A DNA stretch of 64,000 nt, from positions 84,885-148,884 of the forward strand of contig JAQGDQ010000211.1 of NCBI GenBank assembly GCA_030141605.1, written 5' to 3'. Shown here piece by piece: positions 25,001 to 35,631 of the stretch (position 1 is its first letter; every line of letters begins with the position of its first letter). Position numbers and translations under genes: made by a program. This stretch comes from Tubiluchus corallicola (lineage: Eukaryota; Animalia; Priapulida). The notes beneath the pieces were generated by a model. It did not search any database. It was not told the origin of the DNA and was given only the letters and a program-made list of their open reading frames with translations.

Positions 25001-27552
25001 TGTTTTTCTTTAATGCGAATAAAAAAAAGTAAAACTTATATTTAGCAAGAAAAAATTAATGACTTACGACCTCATGTTTTGTCTTGCGAGAACGAGAAGC
25101 GTATTCCACAGTTTGAGAAGATTTCCTGTACTCTAACAAAACAACAAGAAGCAAATCAGTATTTCAAATTATAGTTCTTACCGTAATCTTACAAATCAGC
25201 AATTAATTCAGTTCTCACATCAAACTTGAAAGGCGCGAAAAGTGAAAAAGTTGGAGTGCAGCCTGGATTCGAACCAGGGTCGTTCTGCTTACGTACAGAC
25301 CACTAGGCTGCCCAGTGGTCAAGACGGCCCAAAGAAGCTGGCCAAACCACGTCACGCTATTAATAGAAATAAAGAAATTATTGTAGACTTGCTTTAGTGT
25401 GAGATTTCAATGATCCAACATTGAAAACGGTGAATTTAGACTTTGTACTGGCTGAACCAATTTGGAATGCGGTGTTCTGGTGGTATAAGGCATCTGCAAT
25501 GTAAGCAGAAGATCGCTGGATCAAATCCACGCAGCATCCCCAACTTTGACAGATCTTGTCTTTCAAATTTGATATAAAAATTAAATTAATCGTCAGTTTG
25601 CATCATCATTAATCTTGACATTAATTATTAGGGACATTGAGAATTCCAAAGCTATGCTATTATGTAAATAACAGTCGAGTAAATTTTTTATTTAAGATTT
25701 AAATATGGTTGTACTGTAGATCTAAACGAAAATGTAAAATTAAAGGTTAATAACTCATTTAAAGATTATGTTTTACAATACCTATTATGGTTTCTTACAA
25801 CACTGTATACTGTAATATAATTATCAGGGTACTGAAATGAGTTGTTATTATAAAGTTGAATTTTACTAACATCTTTATCTTTGTAAACTGTATATTTTTA
25901 TACGAAATAAACTCATAATAATAATAATTAGTTGTAGTTCCATATTTAATGAAACCACATGAATGTACGCACCTTTGATAGTTTTGAAATTAAGATACAG
26001 TTTAAAGTAGGTCAATGAATTGAATTAAACATTTAGTAGTGCAAGTCTGGTAAAGCTAACATTGACGACAGCCTATCAGTTACAACACTAAACTGTAGTA
26101 ATTAATACCCTTTGAGTTTGTTTTTAATTATTGCTAGGATTTTTTCTCTGCCCACACATAATGGTAAAAATTGTTTGTTAAGTTACAGTAAATAGGTATC
26201 AAATCCATAGAGTCTAAACATATTGTACATCTACCAACCATCAGTTAGTGTCAAAATGTTTCGAAAAACCTGAAGGCAATTCCCAGTAACCCGAACTCTA
26301 CAGTCTCTCTGCGAGTTTATGCAACATGACATTGACCTTTGACCTCTGGTAGAAGCTAATGGAAAGTTCAGTAAATTCACCTACAAAACTGAATCAAAAT
26401 TTGACCATTTATTTATGTGATGCTTAACCAATTAAATGTAACCCAATCTTGACCTTTTCTGAAGTTCAGGTCACACAGCAGTTAGCAAATAAACTTTAAT
26501 CATTCCACTCAAGAAAAAATAGAGCAAACATTTTATACACCTCATAAGACTGCAGAATGAACTCACCTAAATAGTATCACCAAGTTCACTGTAAACGGAT
26601 TTAGACAATGTTAAAGCAAAACCGGACCAAATCTTAAACTGTAGGTTAAGACAATCAACTCTTTAAAATATTGAAAGGAAACATACTGTTTTTTTCAAAA
26701 ATGACTTACGAGAAAGAATTATTACCACACAAACACAATTTCACGTTCTCGCCACTAGTTCTTCGCTGTTAAATGTATTTCGCCATTCGCTAGTTAGCGG
26801 GCGCTATCGCCTACATTTCAGAAATGCATTGTACAAAAAACAGGTGGTATACCTTTCAGTTCAGATGTGGTTAGTTTGTGATGAACTGCACACATTGGAT
26901 AGCTCATACAGCAGTAAATTTGAAATTTCAGAAATGCATTGTACAAAAAACATGTGCTATACCTCTCAGTTCACATGTGGTTAGTTTGTGATGAACTGCA
27001 CACATTGGACAGCTCATACAGTGGTAAATTTGAAATTTGAATTTTATGTACTTCAATTTTCACTTTCGAAAACACTCTCACGGAATATTTCTGCTATTAA
27101 AAATTATGTTAATTTGTGATGTCATCAATAGTTGGGCTCACCCATTAATTAAGTTTTTAATCTGTTATTTAATTATCAGAAACGATTTTGCATCATTAAA
27201 TGTGTTAAAATGTATACTTCTTATTGGACTTGAAAATGGGATAGTATATGAAAAATCATCCTGCCTTCTTTTAAACTATGACAAACTCACAGATAAACCA
27301 ACATTTGAGTTTTACTCACATGTACACACCTGATATTGACCGAACATGTCGAAGTGGCAGAATGCACGAGGTAGCTACATAGTTAGTTCCAAGGTTATGT
27401 CCCTTTTGTGCAATGATATCATAGAGACGAGAGCCGCCATCTTGTAACGGCTGAACATTGACTGCATTGTGACTTCCGTATTCATAAAAACCACATAGGC
27501 GTTTATCGGGATATACATTCCAGACAGGGAAATTTGCTTTTGGAAAGTCCAT
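4053..27552 (-). CDS. TAF1C: TAF1C-like (TATA-box binding protein associated factor, RNA polymerase I subunit C; SL1/TIF-IB), multi-exon
   Basis: Hand-spliced minus-strand exons: 27552-27330 (starts MDFP, as human TAF1C does), 25493-~25393 and 25132-25068 (frame uncertain), 24328-24214 (LLVYATGEQNLNKL), 22722-22600, 20955-20745 (AALSPYITNECLVSLKTMDLMLWN, cf. SLSPHLPGELAICS..G.VCLW), 19488-19353 (WGAHPRQAVLAARTGVKLFD, cf. FTAHPRVLTVGDRTGVKMLD), 17436-17281 (LIATHNNLFVVDERYP, cf. LVCTQFSLYLVDERLP), 16278-16141, 9751-9614 (LQMNYSADILYQ, cf. FQLSAAGDVFYQ), 7344-7213, 5575-5436, 4175-4053 (stop TAA). GT-AG ends and phases agree, apart from the 25.0-25.5 kb exons and at least one unresolved exon between 16141 and 9751. 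Confidence 0.85.
4424..4790. mobile_element. MITE family F (GCCTTTTCAC-type TIR, possibly Harbinger-like)
   Basis: Homologous to ~61130-61525 and, reversed, ~43790-44180; ends GCCCTTTTCACA / TGTGAAAGGAC. Confidence 0.55.
4892..5399. mobile_element. Tc1/mariner-pogo (Tigger-like) MITE family A, copy 1
   Basis: TA|CAGTGTTCCTCGCT...GCGATAAGTGAGGGAACACTG|TA. Other copies at 18593-19122 and 48172-48711, and a 5' fragment at ~7363-7432. Confidence 0.85.
5930..6250 (+). mobile_element. LINE (RTE/L2-like) ORF2 C-terminal fragment with a GAT-repeat tail
   Basis: RCLRWIEHMLRLPNDNPVKIAL....GGQMLTY....KDL...WGIAACRESW matches the RLRW.GH..RM....PK..L...GRP..W....DL...W...A.DR..W end of ORF2. An inverted second copy lies at ~58605-58790. 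Confidence 0.7.
6640..6880 (-). mobile_element. PIF/Harbinger transposase N-terminal remnant
   Basis: RFGVHDILQGREQYGTCHHLVKKLQLD..FFHLSKTQIEKILLFIGPKVTK resembles the Harbinger motif RFWVH.I...R...G.YH.LV.EL.LD...YFRMS...F..LL..VGP.I.K. A second, more degraded copy lies at ~21600-21830 (+). Confidence 0.65.
7458..7625. repeat. Imperfect (GAT)n microsatellite
   Basis: GAT/GTT trinucleotide run; it produces the spurious poly-His and poly-Met ORFs. Confidence 0.95.
8515..9481. mobile_element. MITE family B copy (5'-degraded) with an internal ~39-bp tandem expansion at ~9130-9410
   Basis: Homology to 29031-29683 and 57822-58994; ends GGACTTACTG|TA; about 7 copies of aaaaatcgttgttaaagtgaaacatgtgtcattgagtg. 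Confidence 0.75.
10564..11045. mobile_element. hAT (Charlie-like) MITE, copy 1
   Basis: TIR CAGGGGTGTGCAAAT/ATTTGCACACCCCTG, 8-bp TSD CTGTACAT on both sides; near-identical to 56153-56637. Confidence 0.9.
11543..11704. mobile_element. Short palindromic PIF/Harbinger-like MITE
   Basis: GCGCGTTCAGACTAGAGAATTCTCTCGCAA is inverted at TTGCGAGAGAACTCTTCAGCCTGAACACGCG; a related element with internal subrepeats lies at ~17961-18315. Confidence 0.55.
11760..15013 (-). mobile_element. Degraded Tc1/mariner element containing the 32-bp minisatellite
   Basis: The right boundary reads TA|CAGGGTTGTCC on the minus strand (typical Tc1/mariner TIR). Left of the satellite, the minus frame gives KPPKIVILV..I...DTVGGIF..G and LQHDG, resembling DDE/D transposase motifs. 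Confidence 0.5.
12003..14945. repeat. 32-bp minisatellite, roughly 90 copies, intronic in TAF1C
   Basis: Unit ACACTT(T/C)TTGACA(C/G)GATGATATGGTGTCTTTT, with no unique spacers. Confidence 0.97.
17565..17616 (+). pseudogene. 5S rRNA-derived fragment (SINE3-like head or 5S pseudogene)
   Basis: CCCGGCAGTCAAGCAACACCAAGCCTGGTTAGTAAATGACTGGGTGACC aligns by eye with the 5S internal control region (GAAGTTAAGC...GCCTGGTTAGTACTTGGATGGGTGACC). Confidence 0.5.
18593..19122. mobile_element. Tigger-like MITE family A, copy 2
   Basis: Near-identical to 4892-5399, with CAGTGTTCCCTCG TIR. Confidence 0.85.
19784..20335. mobile_element. Family E copy
   Basis: Colinear with 3395-3895. Confidence 0.55.
21200..21410. 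repeat. ~72-bp tandem repeat, 3 copies
   Basis: gtgaatttgtaaataa...ttttggacagtaatgatcatgtta, three times. Confidence 0.8.
21915..22517. repeat. 76-bp tandem repeat, about 8 copies
   Basis: Unit ...gtacttgcaaacacttccaagtacttaaatacaaactcttgtatacac..., with two alternating variants. Confidence 0.92.
22640..23025. repeat. 131-bp tandem triplication covering a TAF1C acceptor and the 5' part of its exon
   Basis: Exon starts recur at 22722, 22853 and 22984. Confidence 0.9.
24417..25013. mobile_element. Family D copy
   Basis: Homologous to 779-1404. Confidence 0.6.
25252..25330 (-). pseudogene. tRNA-derived SINE head or tRNA pseudogene remnant
   Basis: B-box GGTTCGAATCC within a T-arm (CCTGG TTCGAAT CCAGG), but no complete cloverleaf. 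Similar remnants at ~38555-38605 (-), ~55620-55690 (+), ~62440-62485 and ~62545-62590 (+). Confidence 0.4.
26611..27274. mobile_element. Family D copy with an internal ~110-bp duplication
   Basis: Homologous to 779-1404; the segment gaaatgcattgtacaaaaaaca...tttgaaattt occurs twice. Confidence 0.6.
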
Positions 27553-27795
27553 CTGGAAAAACAGAACTTACGAAAATGTTAGTCTATTCAAATGCGTCGT
27601 TCTTTGAAGTTTAGTTTGAAAAAACCTATTTCTGAATACCACATGAAGTGCAGTTCCTTAAAGCTTTGTGATGTTGTTGTAACATTTAACTTTGAAAGTT
27701 CTCACCATATAACATTTTTGATCACAGGCGGCTAAAATATTGCATAACGATACTAAGGCCCATTGAGAAGATGGTAGTGGAGTCAAACTACTCAC

Positions 27796-28250
27796 CTTCC
27801 CAATACGACCCTCGAATTTGTCTATTAGGTGGATCAATCATGTTAAATGGATCTACCGTATAATAATTACGTTGTTACCTTATGTTGTTTTGGCAACGTA
27901 ATATTCTAGTTAAATCGTGTGCATATATAACCGTATTTACAGCTCAAAGTATGAAAACCCAACTAGGTGTTCTGTGTTTAATCTTTCTCCTTCATTTGAG
28001 CCATTTTTCTAACGTCCATCATTATAAACGTTTATTGCAAAGTTTGGCCATGCCTGTTTCAATACGTATATCTACAGTTAATAAGGGAAATCTCTTACAA
28101 TCTTTAACCTGGCGTTCAAGAGCGGTGCCGTCATTGGTTAGCTCACTCAACTGATACATAAACAAAACCTATTAGAGTCTAACTGCCTTCACGTGATCAG
28201 TAAGATAAACGCGCCAAATCTTTTTCCCGCATGTGTTATCTCAGTTAGAG
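27796..28250. promoter_or_regulatory. Putative bidirectional promoter shared by TAF1C-like (-) and H2A.X (+)
   Basis: The TAF1C ATG is directly preceded by an acceptor, and a minus-strand AG|GTGAG donor lies at ~27795 (non-coding first exon). Towards H2A.X: ATTGG (CCAAT) ~28133, CACGTG ~28190, E2F-like GCGCCAAA 28211-28218 and TTTTCCCGC 28222-28230, Inr-like TCAGTT 28241-28246. Confidence 0.5.
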
Positions 28251-28288
28251 GAGTTTTGTGTGTGGTTTGTGCAAATTTTAGTATAAAG

Positions 28289-28912
28289 ATGTCTGGAAGA
28301 GGGAAAGGAGGAAAAGTGAAAACAAAGCCAAAAAGTAGGTCTACACGAGCTGGACTGCAATTTCCTGTCGGTCGTATCCATCGGTTGTTAAGGTAAAGTC
28401 TCATTATTTTGGCTGTCGTCTCCTGCTGAACTGCAAGACTGCTATAATATGTATAATAATATTGTTTTCAACTATTTAGCGTGGACAGTATATTACCTAA
28501 TTATGTATAATTGTAAAATAATAATTATTAAATAAATACGAGTAATCATTTTTAACGATATTTTTTATAATTTACATTGTTTAATATTTTCAGAAAAGGT
28601 AACTATGCAGAGAGAGTTGGTGCGGGAGCTCCTGTTTATTTGGCGGCTGTAATGGAGTACCTCACTGCAGAAGTTCTTGAGTTAGCGGGAAATGCCGCAC
28701 GGGACAACAAGAAGACTCGAATTATTCCTCGTCACCTACAGTTGGCAATTCGCAACGACGAAGAACTTAATAAACTTCTGAGTGGAGTGACGATCGCTCA
28801 GGGCGGAGTCCTGCCAAACATTCAGGCTGTTCTGTTACCAAAGAAGAGTGGAGTTGCCTCCTCCGGTGGGAAAAAGTCAAAGGGTGTGGCGTCGCAGAGT
28901 CAAGACTATTAA
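28289..28912 (+). CDS. H2AX: Histone H2A.X-type variant, 140 aa, two exons (28289-28392, 28594-28912)
   Basis: Canonical H2A fold ([16 protein letters not shown]|[23 protein letters not shown]...[18 protein letters not shown]), split by a 201-bp phase-2 GT-AG intron. The extended tail ends SQSQDY, matching the SQ(E/D)-aromatic ATM/ATR phosphorylation motif that defines H2A.X. Confidence 0.95.
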
Positions 28913-29030
28913 AAACGCTGAATTAATTAAACAATTAGTAAACTTCATTAACAGTGTTGATTAAATTGCCAAAAAAGCTAAAAGGTTTAGCTATGCCTAC
29001 TATACTTCTAAAGAGCTGACGCTTCCTATA

Positions 29031-29683
29031 CAGTAAGGCCTCGTGTAAATAATGCTAATGCATTCCAGCAAAATGCGGTGTTAAGCGAAACGTCGTTAAA
29101 CAAAGCCAAGATTTCTACAAAAGATAATATAAAAGAATTGGGATACATTCCAGAGGCAAAAATCAATGCTGCTTAAATATATAAATTAAATGTTTTATGG
29201 TTTTACCCGCATTTCTACTGATTAATTTCTTTCTGCTTTCTGCTTCCTTGAAACCACGTATATATTCTTACCTAACTAGCGTTTTCTCTTTCGTTTACTG
29301 TAGGCAAAGGTGAAACAATAAACACTGCAGCAGAGTCAAAACCAAGCCCTGGGACAACCTTGGGAATTTTATATAGATTCCTAGTATGGTTGCTATTGTA
29401 ACAATAGGTTGCTGGCAAAATTCCTTGCTTCCAGGTTTTGCTTTATACAAACAGCAGGCATTTAGTGGTCATTCTGGAAGCAAACACGTATAATAATTGC
29501 ACTGTTTACATTACTAGCGCATGAAATTAAGTAAGACAAAAGTAAGTAAGTTGATAAAATGAAAATTGGCTTTGAGCAAAGTAAAAAAATTTTTGTTAAG
29601 ACAAATGGTGCATCGTTAAGTGAAAGAAAGATGACAGTTGATCAGCGTCGTTAAAACGAAACATCGCTAAACGGGACTTACTG
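29031..29683. mobile_element. Tigger-like MITE family B, downstream of the H2A.X stop (probable 3' UTR)
   Basis: TA|CAGTAAGGCCTCG...CGGGACTTACTG|TA. Homologous to ~8515-9481, 49705-50401 (opposite orientation) and 57822-58994. Confidence 0.8.
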
Positions 29684-30773
29684 TATATCATTAACAGCGT
29701 AATTTAGATTGTTAATTTACATTAAACTCTGCTTTTTTATCCGTTTTTTTATTTTGCACTTCAGTACTTGCGTTGTTTTTTGTAATTGTAAAGTTTGCAA
29801 GTTTTATTAACAGATCAGTTATTGTGGTTTATGGTTTTCCGCTGATTTAGCAGATTCGTTATTTGCAAATAATGTTTTGCCTATGCCGTAAAATGAAGCT
29901 TACTGTACTTTGTCCTGTTCTTTGTGAGGTCCACCGACTAGTCGGCCTTGTATTCTGCTGTCGAGTAAAGAAATATCAGGACGACTTGCGTGTCGTGATT
30001 TTCTGTTATCTGTAAATTCTGTGCAGATTCTAAAATGTACTGTAAAGTATCGGAAGATGTTTAACCCTCGTGATTGTAATTACTTTTGTATATTATTATT
30101 CTGCTGTATTATTCTTAAAATGATTAAACTTTTACGTCTTAAAATCTAACAAGCTGATTTCCTAGATTGTTTCCTAGTGTCAGCGAACGTATTAGCTGCT
30201 AGTATTCTAGCACAATACTATATTTGTAAGATATGTAGTGGTATTACTACGCACTAGTGTCTTACGAGCAACTATGAATAAAAGCACAAATTAGTGCAAG
30301 TTTTTTAATCAGTTGGTGTCTTATAGCATATTATTTCGAATTTTGTATAAAAATTTCACTCATAATTGCGACAGTTGATGCCTATGGCAGTCCTTACTTA
30401 CGTTGTTGCAAGTACGAGGTTGTTAAGCTTACACGGTTGGCCTCTCTTTGTAGAAACTGGGCAAAATAAGTACAATGTGTACTTAGCGAGCATGAACTGC
30501 TTGTAGTGTGTTATTTCGAATTTTCTATAAAAATTGCACTCATAATTGCTGTAATTCATGCCTATGATCGTCCTTACTTATGCTCGCTACAAGTACGAGG
30601 TCATTCAAGTTGCACAATTGGCCACCATTTGTAGAAACTGGGCAAAATAAGTACAATGTGTACTTAGCGGTACGAAAGCACATCGTTGTACAATAGTAGT
30701 TCCATGTTATAAGATTCTCTTTTCTGTTAACGAGTTGAAACTCCTTTACTTGCTTTCTTATCCATTGTTAATA

Positions 30774-31246
30774 CAGTCAACCTCGGGTATAAGGTACTCG
30801 CCTATAAGGGACATTCGCTTATAATGGACTACCAACACCGGTCCCAATTTTCCGTAATGTTTTTCCTTACAAAAATCTTCGCATATAAAGTATTCGGATA
30901 TAAAGGATTTTCGGTTATAAGGGACGATATCTTCAGGTCCTGCATCATACAAACCCAGGTAAATTATCTCGCATATAAGGGACCCTTTGATCAAAGAGAA
31001 ATTGATCGATTTTTAACCTTAATTTTCCGCATTTTCGGCATTCGAACAGCCCGGTTTCCGCGGTCACATACGTCTCACATTACTGAAGGAGCTTCCTACG
31101 TACCGTTTGCACTGAATGTGTAGTAATAATCCATAAAATATAGGTGAAAGTACAGGTCTAGATACACCCTTGATCTGATTCAACTTCGGCTATAAGGGGC
31201 GATTTTTTTCTGGTCCGGAGGTGTCCCTTATATCCGAGGTTGACTG
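30774..31246. mobile_element. Tigger-like MITE family C, copy 1
   Basis: TIR CAGTCAACCTCGG/CCGAGGTTGACTG; second copy at 45088-45552. Confidence 0.85.
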
Positions 31247-32509
31247 CACTTAAAAGTTTGAAACCCTGTAGACTGAGTAACATTATATAAAGAGCGTGTC
31301 TAATCACCAATCAAAATTGAGCAAGGTGAAATAATGCGTTACAAGAATATGAGTAGAGAGTGCAATGCAGTTTTTTGCCAAAAAAGGCCATTGTTCGTTT
31401 ACTCTAGAGAGTAGCTGGTAGCCAAATTTCGCGTAATTCATACTACTTTTTTTATTTTCCCCAAACAGGTGCCGTTTTAGTTGTCTCATTGCAGCACGGA
31501 AATGAGCTGAAACTTCAAACTGGTTCATTTTGTTTAATTATGATCCGGTTTTTGCAAATTTGAAATTTTACGTGTAATTTAGAATAATGAGTACAGCAAT
31601 TGCGCTTATAAACAAAACTGTTTTAACACAAATATATAACCAATATAGTGGGCAGTGTTGTGTAGTTGTTAGAGAAATCTACACTTTCGAATGAGTAGGT
31701 TCTGAAAGTCATAATTGGTAAAAAATCAAAATGAAAAAAATTACAGCTCAGTATACGGAGGACGAGTGTAAAGAAAAACTGACTACAAGACAGCGAAGAT
31801 GCAAAGTTGATTAATGTTATTTTAGATTTGAGAATTAGATATTTGTTGCACATCATGCAGTCACATTTAGTTCACGTGCCTTTGTTGGTGGTGTGTGACA
31901 CTTTTGTTATTTCTTCCAGTAGGTGACGCTAGCATGCAATTACGATCAGAGCGGAATGTTACTCTGCATTGTACAAGCAGTAAAAATGTACTGTACACTG
32001 CTCTGGTGACGCGTTGACAAACTTTGGCAGCGTAATGCCAATGTTAACAATGCAATAATTGGTCAGTTTTCGTTAAAGCAAATCAACATTTTAATATACT
32101 TGCGCTGCTAACAATGATAAGATTAATGAATATATAAACTGAGAATATAATTTTCTTTTCCATTTTAATAATTTGTTGCTGTTTGTATGTAGTTTAATAA
32201 TGTCTGTATGTTGTATTGTGGAAATTGTAATTGTTTTGTAAAATACGCTACACGCATCGCTTGAAAATTACGATGCTGATGTTGTCCCTTCTTTTTTGTC
32301 CAAAGATATCGCTAGGCCTATGTGTCCACCATTTTCAATGTAAATTTGACGAAGGCATTTCTTACAACAGTTGAAACGTCTCACTTTTTTGGGGATTTGG
32401 TCCCAATGGGAAAATCCTACTGTCAGGTTTTTAAATATGAACTACCAACCATTTTATGCATGCAATAACAATTTTATTATGCTACAAAACAACCATAACA
32501 ACCAGCAGC

Positions 32510-33058
32510 TTATCCATAATAACTACGTCCACCATGTCCATAACCATATCCCAATGCACCTCTGCCGTATCCATAACCTCCATATCCATATCCACCTAGA
32601 CCATGACCATAGCCAGCCGTTCCATAGCCGTGCCCATAGCCGCCACCAATTCGACGGTTGTAGCTAAAACTGTGTCCAGACACCTGACCCTGCACTCCAC
32701 CATAGGCACCTGCGCCGCCATAGCCACCATAACCGTGCCCATAGCCACCGTGCCCATAACCGCCATGTCCGTAGCCTACTCCACCGTATCCATGGCCATA
32801 ACCACCATAGCCGCCACCGTATCCATGGCCATATCCACCCCAGCCGCCACCAAGTCCGTGGCCGCCAAGTCCGCCGTAGCCGCTTAAGTAGCTGCCACAA
32901 ACCATTGTAATTACCTAAACATAAAATCAAGTTTGGGCTCTGAATAAATGAAAAATGGCTGCAATGATGATAACTGTAAATAAATAAAAAGATGTATATA
33001 AAAATTGCAAAGAACTTACGCTAAAGAAAAGCAATGCGATAACTGGAGCAGTTGACAT
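32510..33058 (-). CDS. Secreted Gly/Tyr/His-rich structural protein, 147 aa (coding exons 33058-33020 and 32914-32510)
   Basis: Signal peptide MSTAPVIALLFFS|VITMVCG across a phase-0 GT-AG intron. The mature region is made of GGYG/GHGYG repeats and ends RSYYG. A non-coding exon ends at 33205 (GTGAGT donor), with TATAAAA at 33263-33269 on the minus strand. Confidence 0.88.
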
Positions 33059-34479
33059 TTTGGCTGAATAAACGTGTGCGTACGAATTCACTGCAAAAAA
33101 AATAATACAGGTCTCAGTTTTAATACTCAAATCACGAGGAAAAAGATTTCGTAATGTAACACAAAAATCAGTAATACTGGCACTTAATCATGCACGCTAC
33201 TCACCAAAATGAACCAAATAAGCTGGACACAACTCGGTTGAAGAACTGCTTCACTGTGAAACTTTTATATTTCAAGAACGAACCATTTCCACTCGGGCAG
33301 GGGTAGGTTTTCATATACTGCATGTACCACAGGTGTGTAATAGTTTGTCCCACACGTTTCATCACACCTGCCTAGTGAATAGTTTAGCCAGGTATGCTGC
33401 ATCACTGAAGCCTGTTTGCGTACAGTGTAGCTTCATTTCGAGAACTGATCGACTAAGATGGGGGTGGGCAGCTTTTGGGTTTGTCACCTTAGTGTTGACT
33501 GTACACTACGATTTATCGAGCTTCTCGATGCACAAGAAATATTGATTTTTGACAGCATTTTTGCGGAAAAGGAGACGATAATGATAATAATCTCCCAAAA
33601 GAGACGTCAAGTAACTCCAGTTGTGTTATTCATTTGCTTACCCACATTTAGAATATAAGAATATTGTATTGGTCCATGTATATGTTACTGCTTTGGAACG
33701 TGTTAAACAAATTACAAAAAGTTAACTAGAATTTTTACTCATTCGGTTTACAGAACTCATACAAATGCTTTATTTAAGCAGCTTAATATTTTAAAACTTT
33801 GTGATATGAACTAGGCAAACTCCGCAAAAACACTTTTGCACATAAATGAACACACATCCCACATCACACTACCCACATCATACCACCACACTACCCACGC
33901 CACATCACACCCACCAAACCCACCCCCACACTTGCCACACGACTCACACCACACCACAACACCTACACACCACACCACTCACTCCACAAAAAAATGAAAA
34001 AACTATGATTTAATTAATATGGCCGCGGATATATGAATTCCGAATTAGTGAGTATGTTGTCGTACTGGTGTGATGGTATTTCATATCTGGTTAATATTAG
34101 TGATTTTCATTTTGTTTTAAATGCTGATGGGACTTGATTTGTTTAACCTGTAATGGTAGAGAATTCCAAAGTAGAATTGCTTGTTTGATTACATAGTTCG
34201 TTCCATAGTGGGTATTTGTCCTAATTTGTTTTAGATTGCTTGTTTTAGATTGATGATGATGGCGACAACAATGGTCAAGATTTCGAAAAAACGTGATAAA
34301 TATCACATTCCTAAATTCAAAACGAACGTCATGAAACGCTCTATTAAATATCATCGTGTCGTACTGTGGAATAGTACTCCCAATCTGGAAACAAAAGCAA
34401 ACTCTCTATGTGCTATGTGTTTTTGAAAGACGAATGCGATTACATCTAACTTCGTCGTAATGTTCCTGTTCTTATCCAC

Positions 34480-35070
34480 GTATGTGTAGATGTATTTGTA
34501 CAGTACAATTATAACTCTTTTATGATGTAAAGGATTTTTTATGTAGATGTATTCGTATACTACAATTATAGCTTTTTTTATAATGTAAAGGATTTTTACA
34601 TAGAAGTATTCGTATACTCCAATTATTTATAACTTTTTTATGGTGTAAATAATTTTTTAGGTAAATGTATTCGTATAGCACAATTATGACTTTCTTATTA
34701 TGTAAAGAATTTTTTACGTAAGTGTATGCGTATAATGCAATTATAAATTTTTTTATGATGTAAAGAATTTTTATGTAGAGGTATTTGTTTAGTCTAATTA
34801 TTTATAACTTTTTTATGATGTAAAGGATTTTTTTTATTTAGATATATTCGTATAGTACAATTATAACTTTTTTTATAATGTAAAGATTTTTGTAGATGTA
34901 TACGTATAGTACAATTATAATTTTTTTATGATGTAAAGGATTTTTTGTAGATGTATTCGTATAGACAATTATAACTTTTTTATGATGTAAAGGATTTTTC
35001 TAGATATATTCGTATAGTACAATTATAAGTTTTTTTATGATGTTTTATGATGTAAAGAATTTTTTATATT
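34480..35070. repeat. Degenerate ~58-bp AT-rich tandem repeat between the two Gly/Tyr-rich genes
   Basis: tagatgtattcgtatagtacaattataactttttttatgatgtaaaggatttttt, repeated about 10 times. Confidence 0.85.
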
Positions 35071-35631
35071 GTTTATATTTCGTACACTTTTATTCAGTAT
35101 TGTTGGCAGATTTCAAACAACTTTTATAGCCTTTAAATTATAATTATTAGGCAATTAAAATTGAATTCAAAGTTCCTATTCTACTTATTAATTTTATAAT
35201 TTTCAACATTATATAAAATACGTATTTTATTGTTATGAGTTTATATGTGAATATGGAAAAAAATTAATACTGCATGAATGTAACTTCAGTAGGGTACGAT
35301 ACCCAGTGCATGGTTTATGTATATTAATCCAAGGACCTCTTTAACTAAAGTTTAGTTAGTTCACTGATTAATCCCATGGTGTACTTCATATAATGAATTT
35401 TGCATGTAAGATACACGTAAAATATTACATAAGTGATATGTTAAAGCTGTATGTCAAATTTTACCACTACGAGTGAAACAATTAGACGAAATTGAAAACT
35501 TTGGATTACACTAAAAAGTGTGAATTGTAATCAAATAACCATCAAGAAAACTTAACAATCAAATTGTTAATAATTAACAGTTTCTTCTAATATTGATTTG
35601 TTCTACACTAATTAACAGAGCAATCAGCTAT

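Noticed and set aside
26330-26590. Possible additional TAF1C micro-exons
   Set aside because: Splice-like signals exist, but no phase-consistent, stop-free combination with homology support could be built.
28968-28995. Hairpin AGCTAAA-AGG-TTTAGCT after the H2A.X stop as a histone stem-loop
   Set aside because: It does not match the SLBP consensus (6-bp GG-starting stem with a 4-nt U-rich loop).
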